Source: an uncultured Parasphingorhabdus sp.
GTDB taxonomy: Bacteria; Pseudomonadota; Alphaproteobacteria; Sphingomonadales; Sphingomonadaceae
DNA length: 64,000 nucleotides
Direction of reading: 5' to 3'
Assembly: GCF_963975735.1 (NCBI RefSeq)
Contig: NZ_CAXBIA010000008.1
Location: 26,525 to 90,524, forward strand
Below, piece after piece: positions 54,907-64,000 of this stretch. The first letter of the stretch is position 1, and every line of letters begins with the position of its first letter. Under the pieces are notes generated by a model. It did not search any database. It was not told the DNA's origin and saw only the letters and a list, made by a program, of their open reading frames with translations. The position numbers and the translations under genes were made by a program.

Positions 54907-56568
54907 TCACTTGATCTGGGGAAGGGTTTCGAATTGGTGGAAAGGCGGCGGGCTGGACAATGTCCATTCCAGCGTCGTTGCGCCTTCGCCCCAGTAATTG
55001 CCTTCCACTTTACGGCCAGCCATCAAGGCGTAAGCGATATTCACGAAGAAGATCAACACGCCAACCAGCATCACGGCATAGCCGAGCGAGCTGATCTGGT
55101 TCCAGTAAGCAAACTGCTCCGGATAGTCGGCATAGCGACGTGGCATGCCTTGCTGTCCGAGGAAATGCTGCGGGAAGAACAGGATGTTCACGCCGATGAA
55201 GAAGATCCAGAAGTGGAGCTGCCCCAGCAATTCGCTGTACATCCGGCCCGACATTTTCGGGAACCAGTAATAGAAGCCGGCGAAGATCGAGAAGACAGCG
55301 CCCAGCGACAGCACATAGTGGAAGTGGGCAACCACATAATATGTATCGTGAAGGTTGTCATCAATGCCGCCGTTGGCCAGCACAACACCGGTCACACCGC
55401 CAACGGTGAACATGAAGATGAAGCCAAGCGCCCACATCATCGGTGTCTTGAAGGTCATCGAACCGCCCCACATGGTCGCGATCCACGAGAAGATCTTGAT
55501 GCCGGTCGGCACCGCGATCACCATGGTCGCTGCGGTAAAGTACATTTTTACGTTAACCGACATGCCGGTGGTAAACATATGGTGCGCCCAGACCACAAAG
55601 CCGACGACACCGATGGCAACCATAGCATAAGCCATGCCGAGATAGCCGAAGATAGGCTTGCGGCTGAAGGTCGAGATAATATGGCTCACCATGCCGAAAC
55701 CGGGCAAGATCATGATATAGACTTCGGGATGTCCGAAGAACCAGAACAGATGCTGGTACAGCACCGGATCACCGCCACCGGCGGCATCATAGAAAGCCGT
55801 ACCGAAGTTACGGTCGGTCAACAGCATCGTGATTGCAGCAGCCAGCACGGGAAGCGCGAGAAGCAGCAGGAATGCGGTAACCAGAACCGACCAGACAAAC
55901 AGCGGCATTTTGTGCAGGGTCATGCCCGGCGCGCGCATATTGAAGATGGTCGTGATGAAGTTGATAGCGCCAAGAATCGACGAAGCACCCGCCAAGTGAA
56001 GCGAGAGGATCGCCATGTCCACCGCAGGCCCGATCGAGCCTGACGTCGACAGCGGCGCATAGACGGTCCAGCCTGTGCCGGCACCATTGCCAGTACCGCC
56101 AGGGACAAAGGATGATCCGAGAAGCAGAAGCAGCGCGGGGACAAGCAGCCAGAAGCTGACATTGTTCATCCGCGGGAAGGCCATGTCCGGAGCGCCGATC
56201 ATCAGCGGCACGAACCAGTTGCCGAAGCCGCCGATCATCGCCGGCATGACCATGAAGAAGACCATGATCAGGCCGTGCGCCGTGATCAGCACGTTCCAGA
56301 GGTGATAGGCCTGATCCATCGAAGCCTCGGTGCCGTTGGACATGCTTGCCCAGGCCTGCAGATATTGAATGCCGGGCTCGGCAAGTTCGAGCCGCATCAG
56401 ACCGGAAATACCGCCACCGATAATACCCGCGACAATCGCGAAGATCAGATAGAGTGTGCCGATGTCCTTGTGGTTGGTCGACATGAACCAGCGCTGGAAA
56501 AAGGCCGGCTTGTGATCCGCGTCATGCGCGTGATCGTCGATATGGCCATCTGCTGTGATAGTTGTCAT
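54907..56568 (-). CDS. ctaD: cytochrome c oxidase subunit I
   Basis: 553 aa. [42 protein letters not shown] and HHMFTTGM. Confidence 0.98.
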   Translation of the reverse strand: MTTITADGHIDDHAHDADHKPAFFQRWFMSTNHKDIGTLYLIFAIVAGIIGGGISGLMRLELAEPGIQYLQAWASMSNGTEASMDQAYHLWNVLITAHGLIMVFFMVMPAMIGGFGNWFVPLMIGAPDMAFPRMNNVSFWLLVPALLLLLGSSFVPGGTGNGAGTGWTVYAPLSTSGSIGPAVDMAILSLHLAGASSILGAINFITTIFNMRAPGMTLHKMPLFVWSVLVTAFLLLLALPVLAAAITMLLTDRNFGTAFYDAAGGGDPVLYQHLFWFFGHPEVYIMILPGFGMVSHIISTFSRKPIFGYLGMAYAMVAIGVVGFVVWAHHMFTTGMSVNVKMYFTAATMVIAVPTGIKIFSWIATMWGGSMTFKTPMMWALGFIFMFTVGGVTGVVLANGGIDDNLHDTYYVVAHFHYVLSLGAVFSIFAGFYYWFPKMSGRMYSELLGQLHFWIFFIGVNILFFPQHFLGQQGMPRRYADYPEQFAYWNQISSLGYAVMLVGVLIFFVNIAYALMAGRKVEGNYWGEGATTLEWTLSSPPPFHQFETLPQIK

Positions 56569-56579
56569 TGCTCTAACCC

Positions 56580-57605
56580 TCAGTTGGTCGCAGCGGCTGC
56601 ATCGGCAGGCGCAGTTTCGGAAGTCGCGTCATTGGCGGCGGTTTCGGTCACGACAGGCTCTTCTGCCTCGCCCTTCACCGTGCCGCCATTGGCACGAACC
56701 CAGTTGTTGAATTTTTCTTCGGAAAGGACTTCGACCGTGATCGGCATGAAGCCGTGGCGCGCGCCGCAAAGTTCCGAGCACTGGCCGTAATAAACGCCTT
56801 CGCGATCGATCTGCAGGACCTTTTCGTTGATCCGCCCCGGTACCGCATCCAGCTTGAACCAGGCCGAAGGAATGGCGAAGCTATGGATAACGTCCGCTGC
56901 AGTAATCAGCAACTTGACCGGCTTGCCCACCGGAATAACCATACGGTTGTCGGCGGCCAACTGGTGCGGTTCGCCGCGCGCTGCTGCTTCTTCTACGGAA
57001 AGCATGTTGGAAATAACTTCGAAATCGCCATTGTCGGGATAGCTATAGCCCCAATACCACTGGTAGCCGGTGACTTTCACGGTCAGCGCATCTTCCGGCG
57101 CCGGTTCAAACTGCTCGGCGAGCAGGCTGATCGACGGGACGGCGATCACCACCAGGATAAGAACGGGAATAACCGTCCAGATGATTTCGATGAACGTATT
57201 ATGCGTGGTTTTCGACGGCTCGGGATTGGCTTTACGACGGAAACGGAAAACGACCCAGAACAGAAGAAACAGAACAAGCAGACTGACACCAACCATCATC
57301 GGCACCAGAATTACATTGTTGATCCAGTGAGCGGTTTGACCGGTTTCGCTGAACTGCTCCTGGAAATCAATACCGCCATCGACCGGCATACCGATGCCTG
57401 GCGTCGGCTTCATCGGGGTATAGAGAGCAGGATCAAGTCCGGATGCAGGCGCTTCCACCGCTGCCGGTACGTCTGCTGCTTCCAGTTCACTGGCCGCTGC
57501 CGGATTTACGACTGGCGCTTCCGGCAATGCTTCCTGCGCCGACAATGCAGCCGGCGTGAGAATCAGGCCGATGGCCAGAATCCAAGCTTTCAAAAAATGA
57601 GTCAT
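56580..57605 (-). CDS. ctaC: cytochrome c oxidase subunit II
   Basis: Signal peptide, 2 TM helices and the CuA site DVIHSFAIP...[15 protein letters not shown]. Confidence 0.95.
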   Translation of the reverse strand: MTHFLKAWILAIGLILTPAALSAQEALPEAPVVNPAAASELEAADVPAAVEAPASGLDPALYTPMKPTPGIGMPVDGGIDFQEQFSETGQTAHWINNVILVPMMVGVSLLVLFLLFWVVFRFRRKANPEPSKTTHNTFIEIIWTVIPVLILVVIAVPSISLLAEQFEPAPEDALTVKVTGYQWYWGYSYPDNGDFEVISNMLSVEEAAARGEPHQLAADNRMVIPVGKPVKLLITAADVIHSFAIPSAWFKLDAVPGRINEKVLQIDREGVYYGQCSELCGARHGFMPITVEVLSEEKFNNWVRANGGTVKGEAEEPVVTETAANDATSETAPADAAAATN

Positions 57606-57798
57606 AAATCGCTCAACCCTATCTTACCCCAAGTTTCGGTAGTTTTCCGGCAATGGCACGACTTTTGGAATCAGCGAGCCCGGCCTGGAATAGTCCGATT
57701 GGGGCGGCTTATAGGCATGGTTGCCGCAAGCCTCAAGCTACCGATTAGATATTTTTTCAGTTTTTTGACTTTAATTTTTCTGGCAATGCGGTGCCAAT

Positions 57799-58437
57799 AT
57801 GGCCATTTGGGAAGAAAGGCGAAAATCAGGCAGGGACAAAACATTGACAGAAGAAGAGATTTTAGCGGAATTCCGGAGCTGTGATGCACTGCTGCAGGGC
57901 CATTTCGTCCTTTCCTCAGGCCGCCATAGCAGCCGCTATTTACAATGCGCGCGATTGCTGATGAACCCGGCCCGCGCCTCGCGGATGGCAGATGCCCTCG
58001 CGGCGAAAATTCCCCAGAATATCAGGCGTTCGATCGATATCGTCGTCTCGCCCGCCATGGGCGGCGTGATCATCGGCCATGAAATGGGCCGGGCGCTTGG
58101 TCTTGACGCGCTGTTTCTCGAACGTCCCGAAGGTATTTTCGAATTGCGCCGTGGGTTCCGCCTCGAACCGGGCCAGAAAGTCTTGATGATGGAAGATGTC
58201 GTCACCACCGGCCTGTCGTCGCGCGAAGCCATTCAGGCCATCCGCAACGCCGGAGGCGAGGTGATCGCCGCCGGTGCGCTGATCGACCGTTCCAACGGGG
58301 CCGCCCAATTCGACGTGCCCTTCTTCCCGCTGGTCGCGCTGGATGTGCCCTCTTATGCCGCTGACGAGATTCCCGCCGATCTGGCTGCCATACCCCCGAC
58401 CAAGCCGGGCAGCCGGGCGGAGCCATCCGCGGCGTGA
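57799..58437 (+). CDS. pyrE: orotate phosphoribosyltransferase
   Basis: GHFVLSSGRHS and the PRPP loop VLMMEDVVTTGLSS. The start is uncertain (ATG 57799, or in-frame TTG 57844). Confidence 0.88.
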   Translation: MAIWEERRKSGRDKTLTEEEILAEFRSCDALLQGHFVLSSGRHSSRYLQCARLLMNPARASRMADALAAKIPQNIRRSIDIVVSPAMGGVIIGHEMGRALGLDALFLERPEGIFELRRGFRLEPGQKVLMMEDVVTTGLSSREAIQAIRNAGGEVIAAGALIDRSNGAAQFDVPFFPLVALDVPSYAADEIPADLAAIPPTKPGSRAEPSAA

Positions 58438-59168
58438 ACACAGGCAACCCGCTGAGACTGGGCGTCAATATCGATCATGTTGCCACGATCCGCAACGCGC
58501 GCGGCGGCGACCATCCCGAGCCGGTGCGCGCTGCGCTGGTTGCCGCCGCAGCCGGCGCCGATGGCATAACCGCCCATTTGCGCGAAGACCGGCGCCATAT
58601 CCGCGATGACGATCTGACCGTGCTGATGGACAAGCTGACCATCCCGCTCAATCTGGAAATGGCGGCGACCGACGAGATGCTGCAAATCGCGCTGCGCCAC
58701 AAGCCGCACGCCGCCTGCATCGTCCCGGAAAACCGCGAGGAGCGGACGACCGAAGGCGGGCTCGATGCTGCGGGCATGCACAATAAGCTCGCCGATTTTG
58801 TCGGACAGCTGAAAGAAGCCAATATCCGCGTCAGCCTGTTTATCGAACCCGAGCCGCGCCAGATCGAGGCCGCTATCCGCCTCGGCGCTCCGGTGGTCGA
58901 ATTTCACACCGGCCGTTATGCCGAACTTGCCGGTCCGGAGCGCGAAACCGAACTCCGCCGGATCGCAGACGCAGCGGCTCTCGCGGCGAAAAACGGTATC
59001 GAACCCCATGCCGGCCACGGCCTGACCTTCGACAATGTCATACCGATCGCCGCAATCCCGCAGCTTGCCGAGCTCAACATCGGCCATTTCCTGATCGGCG
59101 AAGCGATTTTCAGCGGCCTCGACGGCAGCATAAGACAGATGCGCGCGCTGATGGATGAAGCGCGATGA
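58434..59168 (+). CDS. pdxJ: pyridoxine 5'-phosphate synthase
   Basis: LGVNIDHVATIRNARGG, ITAHLREDRRHI and ELNIGHFLIGEA. The GTG start overlaps the pyrE stop. Confidence 0.95.
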   Translation: MNTGNPLRLGVNIDHVATIRNARGGDHPEPVRAALVAAAAGADGITAHLREDRRHIRDDDLTVLMDKLTIPLNLEMAATDEMLQIALRHKPHAACIVPENREERTTEGGLDAAGMHNKLADFVGQLKEANIRVSLFIEPEPRQIEAAIRLGAPVVEFHTGRYAELAGPERETELRRIADAAALAAKNGIEPHAGHGLTFDNVIPIAAIPQLAELNIGHFLIGEAIFSGLDGSIRQMRALMDEAR

Positions 59169-59184
59169 GCAATAGACAATTTTT

Positions 59185-59289
59185 TTCCTCCCTGTCGCAG
59201 ACGGGGAGGGGGACCGCCCGAAGGGTGGTGGAGGGGTGCCCCTCCGTCGCCTTCGGCGCCACCTCCCCGCAGCTTTACTGCAGGGAGGA
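59185..59289. repeat. composite palindromic REP-like element between pdxJ and acpS
   Basis: A perfect 9-bp terminal inverted repeat TCCTCCCTG (59185-59193) / CAGGGAGGA (59280-59288) encloses imperfectly complementary GGGGAGG...CCTCCCC blocks. The right arm supplies the acpS Shine-Dalgarno. Confidence 0.7.
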
Positions 59290-59295
59290 AAAGAT

Positions 59296-59697
59296 ATGAT
59301 CATCGGCCTCGGCTCAGACCTCTGCAATATCGAGCGGATCCAGAATTCGCTCGACCGTTTTGGCGAGCGCTTCGAACTGCGCGTCTTCACCGAGCTCGAA
59401 CGGGCCAAGGCGGCACGGCGACCGCATACTATTGCCGGAACCTACGCCAAACGCTTCGCCGCCAAGGAGGCTTATTCCAAAGCCGTCGGCACCGGTTTTC
59501 GGGCCGGTGTCTTCATGAAGGACATCGGCGTCGTCAATGCGAAAAGCGGAGCGCCGACGCTCGCCCTGACCGGAGGCGCGAAAAAACGGCTCGACGCGTT
59601 AACACCGGCGGGATATGAAGCGATTGTTCATCTCACACTCACCGACGATCATCCATGGGCACAGGCATTCGTGATCATTGAAGCCCATCCGCTATAA
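59296..59697 (+). CDS. acpS: holo-[acyl-carrier-protein] synthase
   Basis: [15 protein letters not shown]...[11 protein letters not shown]. Start set to ATG 59296. Confidence 0.92.
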   Translation: MIIGLGSDLCNIERIQNSLDRFGERFELRVFTELERAKAARRPHTIAGTYAKRFAAKEAYSKAVGTGFRAGVFMKDIGVVNAKSGAPTLALTGGAKKRLDALTPAGYEAIVHLTLTDDHPWAQAFVIIEAHPL

Positions 59698-59700
59698 GAG

Positions 59701-60612
59701 ATGCGCTCCCCCATGGACCAGGAAACCGAAGATAAAAATATGGCTTTAGAAAATGCCGCTGACAGCGGGTCCACCAAGAAACCGGAAAAAGAAAAAGAAA
59801 AGGTCGACTGGTTTGGCGAGATCAAGAGCATCGGCGTGCTGTTGCTGGCGGTTCTGGCCTTCCACAGCCTGATCGCCAAGCCTTTCTATATTCCCTCGGT
59901 ATCGATGATGCCGGGCCTGCTGGTCGGCGACCGGCTGATCGTCAGCAAATATGCCTATGGCTGGTCATGGGTATCGCCAACCTTCCACATATTGCCGCGC
60001 ATGGAAGGCCGTCTGTTCGGCAGCCTGCCGGAGCGCGGTGACATTGTGATCCTGACGCCAAAAGACGCCAGCGCCGACTGGATCAAGCGGGTTATCGGCC
60101 TGCCCGGCGACACGGTGGAGCTGCGCGGCGGACAGATTTTCCTCAACGGCAGCCCGGTCCAGCAGGAATTCCAGCCCGATCTGCAAGTACCGATCGATGC
60201 CAATTCACCCTGCGGACCGGAGTTCCCCGGATTACAGGGCGCCAATAGCAGTGGCGAGCCGGTGTGCAATCTCCCGATCCTGCGCGAGACGCTTCCCAAC
60301 GGCGTTTCCTATGACATCATCGATCTCGGCCCGAAACGGACCGACGATTTTTCGCCGATCATCGTCCCGGAAGGAGAGGTTTTCGTGATGGGCGACAATC
60401 GCGATCTCAGCGCTGACAGCCGGGTATCGATGCGCGATGGTGGTCTTGACGGACCGATCCCGTGGGAAAATATCGGTGGCCGCGCGGAATTCATCACCTT
60501 CTCGCTCGACGGCAGCACGACGTGGAACCCGCTCAGCTGGTGGGGTGCCTTCCGCAGCGGACGCGCCGGCACCAGCCTTCGCCCCGACAAGGCGGTAACA
60601 GCCACCAAATAA
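59701..60612 (+). CDS. lepB: signal peptidase I
   Basis: IPSVSMMPGLLVGDRLIV (catalytic Ser), IKRVIGLPGD (Lys box) and VMGDNRDLSADSR. Confidence 0.93.
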   Translation: MRSPMDQETEDKNMALENAADSGSTKKPEKEKEKVDWFGEIKSIGVLLLAVLAFHSLIAKPFYIPSVSMMPGLLVGDRLIVSKYAYGWSWVSPTFHILPRMEGRLFGSLPERGDIVILTPKDASADWIKRVIGLPGDTVELRGGQIFLNGSPVQQEFQPDLQVPIDANSPCGPEFPGLQGANSSGEPVCNLPILRETLPNGVSYDIIDLGPKRTDDFSPIIVPEGEVFVMGDNRDLSADSRVSMRDGGLDGPIPWENIGGRAEFITFSLDGSTTWNPLSWWGAFRSGRAGTSLRPDKAVTATK

Positions 60613-60621
60613 GTGAAAGGT

Positions 60622-61551
60622 CTAGAGCCGCAGTCCGGCGGTTTCGTCGAGACCGGCCATGATATTGAGATTCTGCACCGCTGCGCCCGAGGCACCCTTG
60701 CCGAGATTGTCCAGCCGGGCGATCAGGCGGGCGTGATAGCCCTCGGCATTGCCACAGGCAAACAGCTCCAGCTTGTCGGTCGGAGCATCATTTTCGCTGA
60801 TCAACAGTTCCGACAAATCGCCCCTGCCCTGCACCGAAACGATTTTCGAACCGGCGTAGAAGGAACTCAGATCTTCCAATAGCTGTTCTGCCCGCACCGA
60901 TCCGATGGCGCCGAGATGCAGCGGCACGTCGACCAGCATCCCGCGAAAGGCACGGATCACCGACGGCGCAAAGATCACGTCGTGGGCCAGACCCGCATAA
61001 GCCTTCATTTCCGGCAGATGCTTATGGTCAAAATTCAGGCCATAAGCGCGGAAACCGAGATCGGGCTCGTCCGCAAAGCGCTCGATCAGCGCCTTGCCAC
61101 CGCCGGAATAGCCGGACACCGCGTTCATGACATATGGCCAGTCGGCTGGCAGCCGCCCTTTTGCGATCAGCGGCGCGATCAGCGCCAGAAAGCCGGTAGG
61201 ATAGCAGCCGGGATTGGAGACAAAGCGCGCACCCGCAATCGCTTCGCGCTGGCCATCGCGGAATTCGGCAAAGCCGTAAGCCCAGCCATCGGCAGTCCGG
61301 TGCGCCGTCGAGGCATCGATCACCCGCGTCGTTTCATTGTCGATCAGCGAGACCGCTTCGATCGCCGCCTCGTCGGGCAGGCACAGGATGACAAAATCGC
61401 TGTCGTTGATCGCTTCGCGCCGCGCACCCACGTCTTTGCGCTTGTCTTCGGGCAGCTGGACCAGCTCGAATTCGCTCCGTCCGGAGAGCCGTTCGGCGAT
61501 TTCCAGTCCGGTGGTGCCCACGGCACCGTCGATAAATATTGTCTGCGTCAT
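60622..61551 (-). CDS. argC: N-acetyl-gamma-glutamyl-phosphate reductase (short type)
   Basis: IFIDGAVGTTGLEI and FVSNPGCYPTG (catalytic Cys). Confidence 0.92.
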   Translation of the reverse strand: MTQTIFIDGAVGTTGLEIAERLSGRSEFELVQLPEDKRKDVGARREAINDSDFVILCLPDEAAIEAVSLIDNETTRVIDASTAHRTADGWAYGFAEFRDGQREAIAGARFVSNPGCYPTGFLALIAPLIAKGRLPADWPYVMNAVSGYSGGGKALIERFADEPDLGFRAYGLNFDHKHLPEMKAYAGLAHDVIFAPSVIRAFRGMLVDVPLHLGAIGSVRAEQLLEDLSSFYAGSKIVSVQGRGDLSELLISENDAPTDKLELFACGNAEGYHARLIARLDNLGKGASGAAVQNLNIMAGLDETAGLRL

Positions 61552-61559
61552 CTTCAGTC

Positions 61560-62522
61560 TCAGGAAAGCCGTTTGCGAGCCAGTATCGGCTGCTCGGATA
61601 TCTTGGCAAAGCGGGCGACTATGTCGGCCAAGGGCTCGATCACCACCTGCATGGCATGGGACGTGGAATGGATGGTCCGGTCCTTGTCGATCATCAGGCC
61701 GACATGATCCGGGAAGAACACCAGATCGCCGCGCCGCAAATCCTCGCCCTCGGCGATATCCTCACCCAGTGCCGCCATCTGCTGATCGGTGTCGCGCGGT
61801 GCGGCAATGCCGGTCAGCATCAATATCATCTGGATCAGACCCGAACAGTCGAGACCGTCACCGCTGCGGCCACCCCAGAGATAGGGCGCGCCGATCAGCT
61901 GCTCGGCCAGCGCGGCGGTGCCGTTGCTGCCGTCAAACACGACCTTGGTGCCAATCGGCTGGACATGGCGGACATGGACATAGCCCTTGCCGGTCTTCAG
62001 GAAATTGCCACATTCGCTGGCTTCGCCGCAGGCGATCCGCGCGCCCATCGGCAGCCGCTTCATCACACCCGACTTGAAATCCGGCTCAATGAAGATCAGC
62101 GCCGCGCGGGCGAAAATCAAATGGGTCGGCTCGGGGGTCTTCTTCTGATGCTGCAGCGCATGGACCGGCACATAGCCGACATAATTGTCATAGCCGCAAT
62201 AGCCCCAGGCCCAGTCACCGGCGATATCCAGCACGTGGAAATCCTCGCCGTGCAGCAATTCGGAAATCGCTTCATGATCCTTGCCGGGCTGCTTGCGGAG
62301 CATCGCCTTCGGCGCGGAGCAACGCATCGGCATTGCCGCGGCATAATGCGGCGCGAACAATTTGCCGGCCAGCGCGACATCCGCGAGGTCCCCGCGATGC
62401 GCGGTAATCCGGGGATCAAAATCCCCTTCCGGACCATTCAGCACGAATTTCGTGTGCGCGCCAGTCTCTGCAGTTTCCATGTCCATGCGTATAGAAATCC
62501 CAATTGCGATAAAAATGTCCAT
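61560..62522 (-). CDS. NlpC/P60 (C40) family peptidase with N-terminal SH3-like region
   Basis: GAPYLWGGRSGDGLDCSGLIQMI (catalytic Cys) and GDLVFFPDHVGLMI (His). The start is uncertain, with alternative ATGs near 62486. Confidence 0.85.
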   Translation of the reverse strand: MDIFIAIGISIRMDMETAETGAHTKFVLNGPEGDFDPRITAHRGDLADVALAGKLFAPHYAAAMPMRCSAPKAMLRKQPGKDHEAISELLHGEDFHVLDIAGDWAWGYCGYDNYVGYVPVHALQHQKKTPEPTHLIFARAALIFIEPDFKSGVMKRLPMGARIACGEASECGNFLKTGKGYVHVRHVQPIGTKVVFDGSNGTAALAEQLIGAPYLWGGRSGDGLDCSGLIQMILMLTGIAAPRDTDQQMAALGEDIAEGEDLRRGDLVFFPDHVGLMIDKDRTIHSTSHAMQVVIEPLADIVARFAKISEQPILARKRLS

Positions 62523-62972
62523 AGCTCTGCGGCTTATGAGCCCTGTTGCAAAGCGATGACAATCGACGGCCTTTAGACGACCTAAGGGCGTTTAATCAAG
62601 CGGTGTCGCTTTAGGGCGGTTGTGCGGGCTTGAATTGCTGCATCCCGCCCCGGAGAAATCCGGCGTCCGGGGGTATCAGAAAGCCCGGAAGAGGCTGGTC
62701 AGCAGCGCGCCGGTCTTTGCGTGAACTTCGGACAGGTGGATCGCCTCACGGTTTCACATAAGTCTTTTTCTCGCCTTTCGGTTTATCCCGTTCTGCTGCG
62801 TTCATTTCGGCGGCCTTTCATCAGGGAAAAATCGGTTCGTTTCTCTTGCCGTCCTGCAGGGATGTCAACGATTGCTGCAACTGCCCCCGGACGAGTGGCG
62901 CGGAACGGACCGGCGCCCGTAAAAAATTTTTGACCCTTATCCCACCCCATGCTATTTTTTGTCATAATATTG

Positions 62973-64000
62973 ATGGAGGCATTTATCGTCAAATTCGTCC
63001 CAGCCCTCGCATTCTTTTTCTCGCTCGTGATCGCGCCCACCCCGCTTTTGGCGCAAGCCGATTCCCCGCTTCTTCTTCACAATGTCCAGATTCTCGATCT
63101 CAGCGGAGCAGAACCGGCTCTGCGGCCGGGCCAGTCCATTTTGATTGACGGCGGGACTATCAAGACCGTCGGGCCAATGGCTACCCTTTCTCCGGACCAT
63201 GCTGTCCGCTTGGTCGACGGAGGCGGCCGGATCGCAATGCCCGGCCTGGTCGATATGCACGTTCACGTCTGGGACGAAGCTGCGCTGGGCGCCTATCTCG
63301 CGCGAGGCGTCACGACGGTCCGCAATGCTTCCGGCATGCCGTTTCATCTGCGCCTTGCGCACAATATCGAAGCCGGAAAAGTCGCCGGACCACGTTTGAT
63401 CACGACAGGCCCCATTCTCAACGGGAACGGCCCCAATGCCCAGATTAATCACCAGATTGTCTCGAGCGGCGCCGAGGCGCGTGCGGCGGTTCGCGCCCAG
63501 CATGATGCCGGATACCGTCGCATCAAGGTTTATTCGAATCTGTCCCGCGAGGCCTATGATGCGGTGCGCGACGAAGCCAGAACGCTGGGCATGACGGTGA
63601 TGGGCCACACGCCTGAGGGCATCCGGGAACCTGGCATGCCGCGCACGCGTCCGTTCAACATCGCATTTGAAGAATTGCTGGACGACGGCTTCATCACCTT
63701 TGAACATATCGAGTCGATTGTCTGGCATGGCCTGCGCAACCAGTATGACGAGGCCGCCGCCAAGCGGCTCGCCACCCGGATTGCCTCCGCCGGCGTGCCC
63801 GTCGATCCGACGCTGCTCGCCTTTTATAATCTGATGCGGGTTGCAGAAACGCGCGGCGAATATCTGGAACGGCCCGGCGTGGAAATATTGAATCCGCTGG
63901 TTGTAGCCCAGGAACAAGAGAATTACGACCGGTGGTCCGGCGAAGCCATCGCCCCCGCACGCGCCGCCTTTGAATTTTACAAGCGGGCGACAAAGGTTTT
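62973..64000 (+). CDS. amidohydrolase family protein (secreted; 3' end beyond the window)
   Basis: Open frame from ATG 62973 to the window end, so it is not in the ORF track. It begins MEAFIVKFVPALAFFFSLVIAPTPLLAQA (signal peptide), followed by ...ILIDGGTIKTVG...GRIAMPGLVDMHVHVWD (metal-binding HxH) and ...YRRIKVYSNL. The antisense track ORF 62952-63917 is its shadow. Confidence 0.8.
   Translation, partial: MEAFIVKFVPALAFFFSLVIAPTPLLAQADSPLLLHNVQILDLSGAEPALRPGQSILIDGGTIKTVGPMATLSPDHAVRLVDGGGRIAMPGLVDMHVHVWDEAALGAYLARGVTTVRNASGMPFHLRLAHNIEAGKVAGPRLITTGPILNGNGPNAQINHQIVSSGAEARAAVRAQHDAGYRRIKVYSNLSREAYDAVRDEARTLGMTVMGHTPEGIREPGMPRTRPFNIAFEELLDDGFITFEHIESIVWHGLRNQYDEAAAKRLATRIASAGVPVDPTLLAFYNLMRVAETRGEYLERPGVEILNPLVVAQEQENYDRWSGEAIAPARAAFEFYKRATKV

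Noticed and set aside
54832-57884. 403-aa and 376-aa plus-strand ORFs across the oxidase genes
   Set aside because: They are antisense to ctaD and ctaC, which are unmistakable. The translations are His/Arg/Asp-rich junk.
62952-63917. 321-aa minus-strand ORF at the right edge
   Set aside because: The opposite strand encodes a coherent signal peptide plus an amidohydrolase HxH motif in an open frame that runs off the window. The minus ORF is the shadow.

Overview
64-kb chromosomal segment of a fairly GC-rich alphaproteobacterium. It looks Sphingomonadales-like from gene content and order, but that is inference only. Most of the window is core metabolism in compact operons whose starts and stops often overlap: yacG, an NSS transporter, HIT-hisE, hisB-H-A-F, sspB-fumC, gmk, uvrA, a P450, a fatty-acid desaturase, a 7-gene type II secretion locus (gspC-D-E-F-G-L-M), ALDH and TPP enzymes, two fasciclin lipoproteins, folB, thrC, the aa3 cytochrome oxidase cluster (ctaC-ctaD-ctaB-small ORF-ctaG-ctaE-DUF983-SURF1), pyrE-pdxJ-acpS-lepB, argC, an NlpC/P60 peptidase, and an open-ended amidohydrolase gene at the right edge that is missing from the ORF track. 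There is one tRNA-Phe(GAA). I saw no rRNA, CRISPR array or IS/transposase. Five parts are accessory or unusual. (1) nt 1-6241 is the end of an integrated element (ECF sigma plus membrane Ser/Thr kinase; DUF3489-DUF2924-large serine recombinase) abutting the 3' end of tRNA-Phe. (2) nt 21.2-23.7 kb is an AT-rich two-gene islet encoding a caspase-like C14 protease and a 479-aa lipoprotein. It shares its promoter region and a GAAC-N7-GAAC SOS box with uvrA, and it is my best candidate for an undescribed system. (3) Several palindromic REP/MITE-like repeats occur; one family is present both in the hisF-hisA spacer and in frame inside uvrA. (4) The T2SS locus lacks the minor pseudopilin genes. (5) There is a PEP-CTERM protein built on a 15-bp tandem repeat. 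All family calls come from motif recognition by eye. No searches were run, and start codons are best guesses.
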